From Guillardia theta CCMP2712 (Eukaryota > Protista > Cryptophyta): a DNA stretch of 64,000 nucleotides. The stretch lies in the NCBI RefSeq assembly GCF_000315625.1, contig NW_005434657.1, positions 908,130 through 972,129 of the forward strand. Direction: 5' to 3'. The notes under the pieces were generated by a model. It was not told where the DNA came from. It made no database searches and saw only the letters and a list, made by a program, of their open reading frames with translations. This document shows positions 14,068 to 27,478 of this stretch, one piece after another. How positions within the stretch are numbered: position 1 is the first letter of the stretch; each line of letters starts with the position of its first letter. Made by a program: the position numbers and the translations under genes.

Positions 14068-15773
14068 TCACGGGCTCATTTGGTTTGCGATCACCAAAGG
14101 AAGGTCTCCGTACTCCCTGTAGCTCACGCCATCTTTTCGACCCGCATGGAAGTGAAGCTGCGCGTTCGCCGCTGCGTTCATTCCCTCTCTTACTTGGGTG
14201 TAGGCATCTGAGAAAGCTGCTGGAACCTCCTCCTCTTTCGGCGCTGATCGCCAGTTATGAGGATCGAGATCGATCATTCCGCCAGGAGTTTCTGGGAGAA
14301 CGTTCAACACTCTCATCGACTTCCCGTCCCAGTGTCTGAAGACATCTTGTGGTCTATTTACAGGATGATGAAGCTGCTTCAGCGGAGGGAGGGCGGGGAT
14401 AGGTCGGAGGCTTGGGTACTTTGAGTCCCAGTCGTTCTGTGAGGATCCAACATTCCGAATAAGAGGAGTTGCTTCCTCCACCTCCTCTCCAGGCATCCCG
14501 TACGTCTGAGGTCTCTGAAACGAGCTGGGCAGACCTGAAGTCTCCACGTTATACCCGAAGAGAGGGAAGAAAGGCGATGAAGGAGCTGCCTCCGAGTGAG
14601 GACGATCGCTCTGCTTGTCAGGATAGTCAATGACAAAGGTTGGCAACTCTGACTTGAACTTGGGTCGGGTGAAGGCTGCGGTGTGGAAAGGCTCATCCGC
14701 TTTCCTGAGGTCAATCCGAACCTGCCCGCGGCCAGGAGCGAGGAGGCGCTGCTTATCATAGGCATCTCCTGCTTGAAATGTTGTGGGGACTTGAAACGAG
14801 TCTGGCGTGGGAGGAAGAGTAGGACCAGCCCACGGCGTTATCACGGTGCTAGAACCTCTTCTCTGAGCATATGCTGACGGGCTTTTCTTGTGCACTTCAC
14901 CTAACGCCTCCGAGCTTGACTTTGCAGGTTTCAAGTCCTCGGGGAACAGGCTTCTGATAATGCCCTTTCTTCCCGCAAAGATGTTTTCGCACACAGGTTT
15001 ACATGGTATGCAGTCTCGTTCGGTTTGCAAAGTATCCACCGCGTTTATGCAACTCCCGCACATGCTTGCACATCGCTGCTGTTCGATTGAAGTTTCCAGG
15101 CTGTATACTCGGTCAGCCGAGAGAAATTCAGGGTTTGCTTTTCCAGTCAGAGCTTGCAGTCTTGGCATCTTAATCATCTCCTTCTTGGGAATTTTTGACT
15201 TTTTGAACATGTCGTACACTTGCTTTACCGCATTCGATGCCGCACTCTGCACTTGATGAAACAAACCAGATGGTTTGGTGGTGCTGTCCTTAACAGGTTT
15301 TGTAGAAGACCGTTGCTTCACTTCAAACTTGATAGTCTCACCAGGCTTGACGCCTGACGGCACAAGAATCTCTCGTTCACGATGCCCAGGTACAGCAGTC
15401 ACGAAGTCTTGGCCCGCTTCGACTCCCTTGGGAACCGTCACCTTTTCTTCGAGGTCAGGATGGCAAAGGTAACAAGCGTATACAGAAGTACCTCATACAC
15501 ACGCTCTTTTTGCTGAATCTTCTTCTGAAGATCATTCTCAGCACTTTGCGCAAGCTCTTGGTCTTCACTCAGATTGTGTGACTGCATAAATCCTTCAATA
15601 GCATTCTGAAGTGAAAGCACGACAGCTCGCGTTGATGATCTGCTGAAGGAAAACGCCAAAGAGGAGGAGGAGGAGGAGGAGGAGGAGGAGGAGGAGGAGG
15701 AGGAGGAGACTGCGAGGAGCAGCAGTATCAGAGCTGCTCCTGCTGCAATCGCAGCATTCCTCCGACCCGCCAT
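14068..15773 (-). CDS. Hypothetical protein with N-terminal signal/anchor and poly-Ser (2 exons)
   Basis: Exon 15773-15492 (hydrophobic LILLLLAV, (TCC)n poly-Ser) splices in frame over a 50-nt GT-AG intron (15491-15442) to the 457-aa ORF. Repeated VPxGVxxG motif. Confidence 0.7.
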
Positions 15774-16109
15774 CCTCCCAATATAGCCTTGGCGATCTTC
15801 ACACCCCCACCCCCTAAAAGGTCACTCCATTGGGGGGTAAAAACCAAAGGGTTGTGTGCCGCTGGTAGAATCAGGGAAACACTCTCTACCAGGGGGTGGA
15901 TTGCAGGAGAGAGAGGGGTGGTGCGTGTTTAAGATAGGGTGGTATGTGAGGGCTAGAGCCGTTGATCGCTTGCAAGGCGAACATGATGGGAGGGTTCAAC
16001 GATGACGAATGAAGATCAAGAGAGAGATGAGATGAGGTATGAAACAATGAGCTAGATCATCCTTCTGTGTGCTTGATGATACTGTTCTGCAGATGCTAGT
16101 TCATCTTCT

Positions 16110-17274
16110 ATGTTACCTGATATCTTGAAGCCTGTGAGAATGAAGAAAAAAGGCATTTCATCGGAAGCTGAAGAAATCGAGCTTTCTCAAGCACTGGAAG
16201 CATTTGCAAAGATAAGAATAGAGAGACACACAAACATTGTAGACAAAAATCTACAACAAGCCCGCCAACAGAGTTCACATCCCAGTCGCAATCATCCCGA
16301 AGCTGCAAAGGATGTTGAAGCTATTGTAATGTTTCCACTTGAAATTGATTTGTTGCACCGTATTGACTTGACGATGTAGAACCGTGAAGATAGCGTCAAG
16401 GAAGAATTCTCGGAGCTGCATCGGCTGGCTTGTGTTCATGCTCAAGTGAATGCCCGACGAGAGGTGCAGCGTTTGTACGAAGAAGCAAGAGAGAAGAAGA
16501 AGATGATGCAGTCTCAGACGACTGGGGAGCCGTTTTTGCTCGGAACCGACAAGGCATCCAAGAGAATACAGCTATTCAATAGAAATCGATGCCGGTATGG
16601 CTCCACATGCACACGACCTGGATGTATGGACCGTCACCCATGGGATGAGATCACCAACACGTTAGAGATCAAGATGAAGCATGACGTCACTAAATCCATC
16701 TACAGCCTTCAACACCCGACCAACAAGGTGATTACTGCTCCAACCATGTCCTTCCCAAGTATCTGAGTCTCTCGCTGTCAGCGAAAGCAAAGGCGACCTG
16801 CATTGAAACCAATGCATCACGAAAAGTTGCTGGAAGCGAGTGTCAGCAAGACAGGTTCCATCTTCGATAACTCAGGGGGTTTGCCTATTCCATTGATAGT
16901 TTTCGACAAGTTTGCAAGAGAAGGTATATCTGCTTGCCTGCCGTAACCTCACACACATTTACTTGCTCTGCCCAGGTGCTCTCCAGCCTCCACAGGACCA
17001 AGAATTGACGAGGGAAGAACGCGCGGGAGATGCTGAGGGTTATCTGACGAGCAGCGTTATGGATGTGGAAAGAGATGCAATCCATACAGAACAGACATCA
17101 TCCGCTCCACCTGGCGAGAAGGAAGAGGCTCAAGTGGAGTTTGATGTCGACAATATTGAGTTCGAATCAAAAGAGGACCGGATAAAGAGGATCATCATGC
17201 TCAAGAAAGATCTTTTGAGGCAGCAAAAGAAAGCAAAAGCGCTTCAAGATTCACTAGGGCATGACACAAGATGA
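16110..17274 (+). CDS. Hypothetical multi-exon protein with a CCCH-type zinc finger
   Basis: Co-oriented ORFs 16110-16379, 16446-16766 and 16912-17274 with plausible short introns; motif CRYGSTCTRPGCMDRH. Start and exon limits uncertain. Confidence 0.5.
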
Positions 17275-17372
17275 AATCAATCTCTCAGAACAAAGCCCAA
17301 GAGTTCTAGCAGGATTACGATATTGTACAGCTAATGCATGATTGCGATTCATCTCGCCTAGCAGTGCTCTGC

Positions 17373-18653
17373 TCAAGTGCTCTTAACCTGCAAAAAGTCA
17401 TCAGTCACACGTTTTATTTTCAAAATCAAATACCTTGATTCCAAAGATCGAAATTCCTCGTTCGGAATCATCATTGAGTTTTGCGTCTTTGAGACTTCAG
17501 CTTCCAGTTCCTCAAGTTTGTTTTGTAACAAGCGCTTCTCTGACTGAAGAACATCTATTGTTGTTTTCAGTGTGTTCAGATCAAATGATATTCCTTCTAG
17601 GTTTTGATTCACTGTCTTCAACCATTCTTCCTTGTCTGATTGAAACCTAAAGGAAGGCGAATGAAATCCAATGTTATCCACGTTGTGCTCCTCCGCTGCC
17701 TCAGCTTCCCTTGTCTCGCTCGTCATTTTTTTTTCGCTACATTCTAACTCGTCAACTTCATTTCCATCGCAAGAACCCTCTCGAGTGTTGACTGCACCAC
17801 AACCTTGCAGGTCAATTTCCAAACTGTTGGTGAAGTTTAAAAGAACGTTGTGTTTGACCTGATCCATTGCTTCAGTGACAAGCAACGAGTAGGTTTCAAT
17901 TTCAATTTCGTCTGGGAGCGAACTGGATTTGATTGAAGGAACAGGGCTGTCGCTGCAATCACGTTCGACCTCAGCTTGACATGCTGTTGGTTGTGCGATT
18001 GACAACAATTCGTCGATCGTCAAAGGAGGAAGCTCAGACTTTGGTAAGCTTGCACTCTCCGGTAGAGTAGCAGCTACATCGAGTGACCCATCTTTGGTGT
18101 CTTCTTTCCTAGTCTCGTCACTCTCAACTTGCACGTGGGTCTTGTCCATCTTGGCAGCTTCTTGGCGGCTTGCCGCGTCCTCTTCCTGATCACACTGGGA
18201 GGAGTAGGATGTCAAAAGGAGCTGGGTGACGTTCTCATCTTCAGGATTCTCGGGCTTGGGATAAGACAGGCGTTTGCGTTTTCCGATGTCAAGGGCCTTT
18301 GAATGCTCATCTCCTGTTCTCTTCTGAACATTGACGTGGGGTGAAGAATCTTTGTTGATATCCATGAGGCTCAAAGGAATTCTGTCCTGACTGGAATTCA
18401 TCTTCTTGGGAGTATCGAATTGCAGGGCACGACTTGCAACAAGCTTTCCAGCTCTCTTCTTTGCAGATCCAAACATCTGGTTCTCATCGTTCTTGTTTCC
18501 TTTGGTCCACGGAGACTCCAGCAAGGCAGCGCGAGCAGCAACGGAGAGATGAGGATAAGCATCTATCACTTCTTGTAACTTCTCGAATTGCAGGGATTTC
18601 GACGTCCCAGTACCGCAGGACTGTACCGACGATATGCAAAACAAAGCGATCAT
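17373..18653 (-). CDS. Hypothetical protein, disordered region plus C-terminal coiled coil
   Basis: 426-aa ORF, charged and low-complexity, with a heptad-like C-terminus (LQSEKRLLQNKLEELEAEV). Further 5' and 3' exons are probable. Confidence 0.6.
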   Translation of the reverse strand: MIALFCISSVQSCGTGTSKSLQFEKLQEVIDAYPHLSVAARAALLESPWTKGNKNDENQMFGSAKKRAGKLVASRALQFDTPKKMNSSQDRIPLSLMDINKDSSPHVNVQKRTGDEHSKALDIGKRKRLSYPKPENPEDENVTQLLLTSYSSQCDQEEDAASRQEAAKMDKTHVQVESDETRKEDTKDGSLDVAATLPESASLPKSELPPLTIDELLSIAQPTACQAEVERDCSDSPVPSIKSSSLPDEIEIETYSLLVTEAMDQVKHNVLLNFTNSLEIDLQGCGAVNTREGSCDGNEVDELECSEKKMTSETREAEAAEEHNVDNIGFHSPSFRFQSDKEEWLKTVNQNLEGISFDLNTLKTTIDVLQSEKRLLQNKLEELEAEVSKTQNSMMIPNEEFRSLESRYLILKIKRVTDDFLQVKST

Positions 18654-19074
18654 TCGTTGGCGTCGTCAAGTAGTACACTTGTACCTGACTGAGTTTTGAC
18701 CTGGTTGTCGCTGATGACGGAGTGAAGCTAGACATCTACAAGACTGGTTCAAATTAGAACGAGGATTCCTTGTTCGTGTTTGCTATAAAATAGGCTTAGT
18801 GCATTGATTTGGGATTGATGCCAAAGAGACTAGGATTTCGAAATCCCCAACAACAACAACAAATCTGGCGAAACAATATGGTCGGGGAAGAAATGTGGAA
18901 GAATCGTGAGTAGGCATACACTGAAGCTGATACTAAACTAAACTGAGTACTCAGTGGTGGCAGAAGGTACAGGCAAAGGTGGTTCTCAGCAAATTCAGCA
19001 GGAGGAATAAGGCAAGTCAATGAGGAAAGAGGATCAGTGGGGCTTGGAGAGGAAGAAAGCATCCAGGAGTGTGG

Positions 19075-19192
19075 AGTTGAGGAGAGGAGAGGAGAGGAGA
19101 CGAGACGAGAGCAGAGCAGAGCAGAGCAGAGCAGAGCAGAGCAGAGCAGAGCAGAGCAGAGCAGAGCAGAGCAGAGAGGAGAGGAGAGGAGA
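19075..19192. repeat. (GAGCA)n/(GAGGA)n pentanucleotide microsatellite
   Basis: Direct reading of tandem gagca/gagga units. Confidence 0.9.
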
Positions 19193-19686
19193 AACGATAG
19201 TGAGAAGCAAGGGAGGAACTTGTCGGAGCAGGGAGGAGGGTGGAGACATACAAGGTTCTACCGTTGTTATTTTCAAATACTTTGAAAGACAGCAATTCAC
19301 ACTTAGTTTTATTAGACTCAATTATACCGCTGTCTTCTCGCTACTGGATGTGGTGAGGCGGACCCGCGGCTCGACCGGCCGCGGCGTCCCAGTATGACAG
19401 TGCCGCTGGCCCGGGTCCGAGTTCGCCTTCAAGTCTACTAGTGACCAGACTCGTGACTCACACGCTGACGGCGGCGCACAGCCGAACCACTGGCAGGCTC
19501 ACGGACATAGTGACATGATTAACTCAGCCTATCCGCTATTAAAGCTGTACGGTCCGACTCCGAGTGAACCTGGAACGGTTCTGAAATCCACTGATCTCCA
19601 TATTGGGAACATCAAAGTATTCAATTTGAGATCAGTTTACACATTAATACACTCGTCTAGTGTACGCGTCATGCGTTCTCAATGGA

Positions 19687-21420
19687 TCATACATGTTTGC
19701 CTGCAGCAAAAGTCAAAGAGGATAAGAAGACAGATTGGATGGAATTCAAGACCTCCCAAGGTCGCCAGCTGCTATCTCGCATCGAAGGACTATCAAGCAC
19801 CTGTTTTCAAATTTATCACGATTCATAGGAGTTCCAACACCAAGGGCCAAACCTTCTTGGGCAAATTCTCACAACCGTCGCCAAGGACATTCAAATGTAG
19901 GTAGGCATCCGTCCCATAGCCTTCCATACTCTTGATGTCTAGATCTCCCCCAAAGTATCGAGCATAAGTTCTGCCAATCGATCACGATCGCGCGTTAACG
20001 AACAATGGCAACTACTGCACCTACTCAATGGCAAGCCTACACCCCAACCTGCCAAAACAGGCGTATTCTGACTCGTTGCTCTCATCTGCCCTGGGTTTCC
20101 AAACATCCTTTCCGAGCTTTGTGTTTCTGGGTGTTCTGCAGTTGTATGTAGAAAGCAAAACATTGTGGTCATTTGTGATCGCGGGATTCCACCTCCTTCG
20201 TCTGACACTCGGATGGTAATGTCCTCCTCCCCCTTTGCAACCACTACTGTGACTTCTGGCAGCTTCTGCGACGTTTGTTTATGTGTATCAACAACAGCTC
20301 GCACGGAATTCTTGAGCAACTGACATGAAGAAGCTCAGTGAAACATCTCAGGACGAACGTATACCTCACCTCTGTTAACATGTAATGTATGTGAGAAGGG
20401 ACATATGTGATCATGGGATGAGGATTCTTGCAAACTACGTTCACTTTTGGTGAGGCTCCCGTGAAGCTGTAGCAGAGATCCATCGCATCCATCGCTGCAT
20501 TCCTTGCTATGTCATCTGGTCTGCACGCCTTGGCTAAAATACCGCTGTAACCCTCTACGTGCTGTTTCGAAGTTATGTGGTGCTCCATCAAGAAACGGAC
20601 TCCGATACGAGACGTGTAAAAGGATGTCAGGACTCGATCAATGTCTGCTTGCAGCTGCATCCATCGTTCTGGTCCAACTTCCTGCTTCAGCTCGATGCAG
20701 CCTAGAGCCAAGCCCTAGGAATTGCAAGCTGTCAGTCAGGCAATGACATGGCGTGCATGGAGCCCAACGCACCCGAACAACTGCCGTATGGTCCCTCAGA
20801 ATTCTCTTGAGCAACTTGGTAAATTCATCTTCAGAGGCATCATCCACCGGTCTCTTCGATGCTGCGATTGCACATGAAGCCTCGGCATACCAACCCGACA
20901 CATTCTTGACGGACGGTTTATTGGAGAGGCCATGCGGAAGTCTTGACAATTCGACCGCTCGTTGTGCCAGCCGTATAGCCTTTGTCATAAGATCAGCCAG
21001 AAAGTGTCATCGACATCGAAACCTCACCAGCTCTCGGTGGAGAAATTGTCCGAACTTTATCCTTGTTCTAGATGAAGTGTCACAACCTATTCTGTACAGA
21101 TCGGAAAGAGCAACTGGCGTTGCATTTTGCTCGGATAGGGCCCATAAAAGATCCCACCCTTTGAGCTTTTCAAGTGCCTGCATATCAAGATCTTTCATCT
21201 CCCAGTCGGCTTGCTGCGTGTTTAGATGAAACAAGGTACGAGATTGCACGACCCGTGGGTAGGTGAAGCCTGTGCGGGGCAAGCAGGACCTCATGGAGCA
21301 AGAAGTAGGCGGCATGGAATAGAAAGCAGAATGCATGGAAGAGGAAGATGGTAAAGATCTGCTAGGTCGCATGTTCGCCATGGCAGCGCCTCGAGCCAAA
21401 CATGGGCGGCTGGCTTGCAT
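19687..21420 (-). CDS. PDK: Mitochondrial pyruvate dehydrogenase kinase / BCKDK-family kinase, multi-exon
   Basis: Motifs FYTSRIGVRFLMEHH, YVPSHIHYMLTE|LLKNS (N-box), IRVSDEGGGIP (G1), LAGWGVGLPLSR|YARYFGGDL, SMEGYGTD. R/S-rich N-terminus like a transit peptide. 3' end approximate. Confidence 0.9.
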
Positions 21421-22572
21421 AGCGGCGGCTACAAGAGGGGGACGACAGATTGGGGTTTTTTCGTGGGTAGTACGTGATAAACGACGAGGGGATCTTGAAG
21501 AGAAAAACAGGGGTACTCAATGGTAAAGAAGGGGGTAAGGGTACATTTTGCTGTTGAGCAATGGGGTGGTGGGGTGGTGGGGTCACGTGGTGGATGCTAT
21601 AATAATATTATAAAATATCCGGATACAAAAACACGTTACAATGTACTAAAATACGTACTTATCTCACTTAAAACATACTTTTATTCAGCTCAGTACAAGA
21701 TCAGAGGCCAGGAGATTTATTATATATTTAAATTTAAAATATAGTAAAAGTGATAGTGCCAGGTCTAGCAAGGGGCTTTATTTTGCAAGATAAGACGAAT
21801 CGAACCGTCTCGGCCATACTGCATACTTGAGCCTGATGTCAGGACAAGAACATCTCAAACAGTTTGAATAGCTTGGAGTGCTGGTTTGCGACCCAGTGTT
21901 CATGCAGAGCACAGCTGCTTGTACTGTTGGGTGTGCCCTTGAACTCGACGACAGTTGAGCGAAGGAGAATCCGGTATGAAGGAGGGGGGGAAAGGACTGA
22001 AGGTTGACTGAGGGTTATGTAGCAACTAGAGAAAGCACTTGTGACCTCTCGTAACGATTGTTGTCTTCTTCTCGTTCTGTTGCCGTGGGGGACCCTCTGG
22101 GTAAGTCTCTGGTTGTTTATGAAGTTCAAACCTCCAGTTTTGATTTCATTCAGATTCCATGTGTGCACTGAAAGAGCACTACACTTGGACATACCTCTCA
22201 CTTGTTCACAAAAAATATATTGCTAACAAACGAGTCTTGGCTGTTTTTGTGAAAAAAATTGTACATGAAAAGGCTTTGTATGTCTTTTTGTCATGTGCGA
22301 TCTTGCTGGCTTCTGAGGATGAAAACGACAAGAGTATCGGAAAGATGTAGACACAATGTCGACTCAGACCGGACCTAGAGCATGACGTCACCATGATGAA
22401 AAGTCTTTTTTCTCTCGGCTCTGCTCTAGACGTACCCGTGCACTTAAACGTCTCGGGCTCGAGGTGGCACAGGCGGACCAGCGGCTGAGCAAGTGAAGGG
22501 GTTGGCAGATGATTGTGAAGTTACAGCCTGCTGATGAGGGCTTGCTGCTGGCATCATGGACGTGCTGCTGCT

Positions 22573-25500
22573 TCATGAAGCCACCAGCTGCCACTCGCAG
22601 CTCAAAGCCACATACGCGTCCCACCACATGCGGATCAGCGAGATCCATTTCTGTGGGCATCAAGCTCATTAGAAATCTCGAATAGCGGCAAGTAGTAGCA
22701 TCGGAACCTTTGCCCATTGCTCGTGCCTCCAGATATCCGACCTGTAAACTCGTCTTGATAGTCTCTTCCGCATGTAGCGCACACCCAAGACAGTCCGTCG
22801 AGTCCAAACTTGAAGAAGGTCGTGATATTCTTGGCTGGTTCTGACAATCGTTGCACTGGCACCGGAGGCTGCCAGTAAGCTTGACGCAACTTGAGGACAC
22901 GGTGAACACTTAGAATTCAAGAAAGGGAAGAATCTGACCTCGAGACAACGCTCCTATATGCGGAAGAGTGACTAGCACCAGGCCAGCGGCTAGTGCATCT
23001 GCAGCCGTTGAGTGACTTCCAAGGCGGAAGGAGTCGAGAAAAATATCGGCACAGGACTGGAAGATGTCAGATAGTCAAAACGCGCATCAATCATACCTTG
23101 ACTCTGATATGGTCCTTTGCTGACTGCAAGTCTGTAACAAGTATCAACTCATCGGAGAATTTCTCTTTCTCTTGAGATGTGAAAAATTGATGTGAAAGCG
23201 ACTCATCCTCGCTTTCACTCCACTGCCTCAATTCATTCTTGCTGTCTGTCAAGTGGTTCTTCAAATTTTCTGCTGCTTTCTTGGGTCTGTTTGTTATCCA
23301 GAGTTGCCAGGACTTGTCATTCGAAGAAAAGAGGGCTGATTTCCACACATTCACTAATGCTGGATCAATCTTGTAAAGGGAATTGAAGTTGGCAAAGATG
23401 ATCTTTGATCGATTCATCTTTGGAATCAAAATCTCGCAATCTGTCGTTCAAGGTCAAAACATTTCATGATGTATGTTTCAAATCCTGAAAACTGAATCTT
23501 ACCTACAACTCTGGAATCTCGTCGGGTAGGCATCGCATCACCCCAAGAATATCCTCCAAAGTCACTGGAATAGTTTCTGAGGGGAAGAAAAGAATACTGT
23601 GCAGGGAAGTATAGAAAGGACTCGGAAAATTGAGTCTTCATTTCCGGTGTAGCTGTTATGCTGAGAGATCGAAATCATTCCAACGCCAACAAGTTAGGTG
23701 TTTCACCGGTCAAGGAATGTATGACTTATCTGTTCCAGGCCTAACGAGCCTGTATAGCTAAAGACACGTTAGCCCGTGTAGCTAACACTAGGGAAGATGA
23801 GAAATCAGCTTGTCACTTTCGAACTCACCCGAACCAATGAGCTTGAAGAGGAGAAGCTTGAAGTACAGACACCTCTGTCATTGCTCCTCGAGTATACCTG
23901 ACAATAGATGAGCACTCGTTTCCCTTCGCGCTGCCTTACCCGTCGAGGTCGAGGTACAAGTGACAATTCAAGCTGTTAATGTGAAGTGCAATTTGATGCC
24001 AAGACATGGAGTATGCATAGATAAATGAATTAGACTCGTTCTTGAGTTTCTCCATCACAAGCGTGCGCTCCTTCGTGGGGGTTACTCGCGCAGAAGAGAT
24101 GACATGAAATTCAATTACGATGTCGTTGAGAAGTGCTGGCTTGCATGCCTTGAGGAGAGTGATGATGGCATGCGTAATGTAGTGGTCGCCATCAAATCGT
24201 GAAGATAGCATTGCTACCTTGAAAACGTTTTTCAACTTGACATTTCTCTGAAATGTGTTTGACGAATCAATTTGCTGGTAAAGAATAGTGCTTTTGACAA
24301 GCTTCGTGAGAGCGTATCCTCTCCTACGTGCAATCTGCAACAGGACGAGGGGGTCGACAATGTGGGCGATGTCATAGAGGTTCACATTGAGTGGGTGCAC
24401 GTCGAGGTAATAGGAGATCGCATCCTTGTGCGAAGACACCTCGTCAGGACCTGCCAGATAATGTCCAAGGCTCGCCTTGACGTCGGCGAGAATGGTTTCT
24501 ATGCTGTGTAAATCACAAATGGCTAGGAGAGCGCTAAAATGGAGGAGCTTTGCTTCGATTTGATGCGCACGGAGTATCCGTTGTTCACCTTTCAGATGGC
24601 TGAACATCTGATACGACTTTTGATACGCTCGCGACGCTTCCTCGTAGAATCCGAGATCCCGGAGAGCATGACCGAGTCCTCTATACGCATCTGCAAAATT
24701 TGGCGAAAGTGTAATGGCCTTGAGAAACAACATCTTTGCGTTCTCGAGAGATTCACGAGATTCATCAGACTGGAGCATCGCAGATGCTAAGCCGTAGACA
24801 AAGAAAGTGTTGTGGGGCTCAATATGAAGGGCCTTGCGGTAGTGGACAAAAGCTTCCTCTCTCCTCCATGTTCTCCAGTAAAGATTGGCGAGGTTATGGT
24901 GCGCCTGAGAAGACATGGGGTTGACTGTGAGAGCAGCCTCGAAGTGTTGTCTTGCCTGTCCAGGGTCATTGAAGCTTGTCTCGTGCATCACACCAAGAAA
25001 ATTGTGAGCGTCGTGCTGAGCTGCAGAGTTGACTGGGAGCTTCAAAGTCGATTCAAACAACCACTTCGCTTCATCATACCATCCTTGAGAATGAGCAAGC
25101 ATACCAAGAGACATTCTTATCTCGACATCAAACGGGTCCCAACGAAGGCACATCAGGTAGGTTCGTTTTCGTTGCCTCATGTCTATGATATGGTCTACAC
25201 CAGAACACATGTGTCGTATCATTTCCCTCACTTCGTGAGCTACAGCACAACCTGGAGTCTGGCATTCACAACATATGAGGAGGATAGTGAAAATAGCCTC
25301 ACGTGTTCTCATTTGCCACTTCTCAAGCCTCCAAGGCTCTTTTTGCTTCATGTTCTTCCAGTGATGTCCTTGTTCAGTTGTCTTGTCATCATCATGGCAT
25401 TCCTCTTTTCTGTTCAGTTCTCTGGGGTCGGATTTCAAGCGGTCGCAACGACCGATGCCGGGCCGCGGGCGCGGCCCGGCCCGGCCCGAAGCGAGTGGGC

Positions 25501-25594
25501 CCGGGCCCGCTCCAGAGTTTGTGGTTACCTCATAAATCGCCGCGTGCTCATGGCAGCGAAGGGGAAGTAAAGCAGGAGAAGGTTGTGTAAACAC
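22573..25594 (-). CDS. TPR-repeat GT41 glycosyltransferase (OGT/SPINDLY-like), multi-exon
   Basis: TPR repeats (AHHNLANLY, AYRGLGHAL), then LYLDLDG|YTRG, FANFNSLYKIDP, ADIFLDS..GSHSTAADAL..G...VTLP and SR|VASSLL. Last exon ends WQLVAS* at 22573. True start probably ~25352 or 25312. Confidence 0.8.
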
Positions 25595-25738
25595 TCGCGA
25601 AGACAGTGATAGGTCTCACACAATATTGCACAAGCGCCTCTGATAAATTCATTGTCCAAAGTTTTCTTTGTAAACGCTGGGTCTTGTGAAGCTTGCTCAT
25701 CATTTCACTGAGGAGCAGAAAATCTAACAAGAGATAAA

Positions 25739-26162
25739 ATGAGTACTGCCGTCATGCCAACAAGACCACGAGTGCTTTCTTTGTACCGTAAACTTTTGCA
25801 GCAAGTCAAGAGGTAAGGGTCATCACCCGCTGTGTCAAGTCAAACATGACATTCACTGCTACAGGTTTCCTCCCGAGGTTTCATCTACTTTTGTTGAAGG
25901 GCAGACGAGGTCCTCATTTCACGAGATGATGCGAGAGAGGATGCGAACAGAATTCAAATCAAACAAGAACGCTGATGCTTTGCGGACACGAGAGCTTCTT
26001 GAATACGGGCAAAGAGAATCTGACTCATTGTCGTCGATTTTGTCCAACCAATATTTGAAGCAACATCCTGGTCCACCCGTATGTTTAAGCATGCTTTGCC
26101 GCTATGATCTTGAACCCCTTGTGCAGGCTGTGAAAAAGTTGCATCCCGAGGGCACTCCTTAA
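25739..26162 (+). CDS. LYR-motif (Complex1_LYR family) small mitochondrial protein, 3 exons
   Basis: MSTAVMPTRPRVLSLYRKLLQQVKR|FP...MRTEFKSNKN has the LYR tripeptide and downstream conserved F; two short GT-AG introns. Confidence 0.75.
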
Positions 26163-26925
26163 TAACATGATTTGTTCACTCGTGCCAAGATGCACTAGGA
26201 GAAATGTAAGCAATAAATGCTCTTATCTTGAGCTAGATGTGAGGGCTATGATCGGACTGCATCACTTCCTTGTATTTGCTTCCTAGAAACTCTCTCGACT
26301 TCATCTCTCCTCTTGTTCTCTTCTCGTGCAAGCTGCTCTGCTTCTTACCTCCACTACTCGTTCCTTCTCCTGCATGTCACGTACTAGAAGGGTAGGGTGA
26401 GCAATTTATCAACCTTACACCCCGTGAAGCGACTACTTTTGGACCGGTGGGGTGCACATGGGTGTGGGTACTGGGCAAGTAGATGACCTGGCCCCATGTC
26501 GAAATGGAGGGAAAGGTTGAAATATCAGGGAGCAGGATGGCAGGGAGGGAGGGTAGAGGGCGGAGCTTGCAGGGGAAAGAGATGAAGGTGGAGGGACTTG
26601 AGCCCGCAAGAGCCTCCAGTCGACCTGCCCTTCACAAGCGCCGAGGGTCTTTGTTGATGTGGATCCTGGCTAAGTACATGCCTTGAGTTCCTGGATGCGA
26701 GAACCCGAGGCGAGATGAAGAGAAACCTCGTTACAGACTAGTACCAGATTCAACTTGACACACTTAGTCGACGAGTTCGATGGTGCTGTGCTGGTTCCAG
26801 TGATCACCATTGATCCATCAGAATCGGATCCAGCGAAACATCTCAGACTAGTAGAGCAGCATGAGTGGCCTATGCACAAGGATCTCATTGCTCTGTGGTC
26901 GGAACTGATCCTGTGTGATCTCTAG

Positions 26926-27389
26926 ATGCCCGGTAGCAAACAGGAAAAGAAAGTCACGCCAGCGAAACTCCAGCCGCCGAAACAAAGGGAAACGTATGAA
27001 ATGAGTTTCACTTATTTCAATGGCTAATCCTTTTTGAAGCAGGAAGAAGCCACTCTCGATCGAATGGACTGAGACAGAGAAACAGGAGCTTGACTTCGGA
27101 AGGTTTGTAGGTTTAGCGTTTTCTGGTTTTGTCCTTGCGGTCTATCTTCGTACTATGCACCCAACTGTTGCTGGTGACAATGCGATGGAGAAAAGTGACG
27201 ATTCAACTAATCCTGAGCTGAAGGTGGCGACAGCGGTGAGCTGATGGGAGCAGCATGCGAGCTTGGGGTAGCTCATCCACCGGGATATCCTCTTTTCACG
27301 ATGCTGTCGTGGTTGGGTATTCAGCTCATTCCTGTGGGCAGCCCAGGTAACATGAAGGAGGACAGAGGAGGGCAAGACCAGGAAAGAAG

Positions 27390-27478
<89 letters not shown>

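Noticed and set aside
18640-18830. SANTA (KNL2/Mis18BP1)-like N-terminus for the 17373 gene
   Set aside because: Only a faint VKTQSG similarity; the exon structure is unresolved.
19017-19397. ORFs with LLCSA/AEQSR repeats
   Set aside because: Microsatellite translations.
21839-22450. Possible small minus-strand gene (PETYPEGPP, UBC-like motif)
   Set aside because: I could not build a consistent exon chain or find other UBC motifs.
22388-22909. CRC/tesmin-like Cys motif (CQCNDCQN) in a 173-aa ORF
   Set aside because: Alternative frame of the GT41 gene's last exons, which explain the region.
24812-25570. 252-aa plus-strand ORF and similar antisense ORFs over TRRAP, NHL and pol
   Set aside because: Shadows of well-supported genes, with no recognisable motifs.
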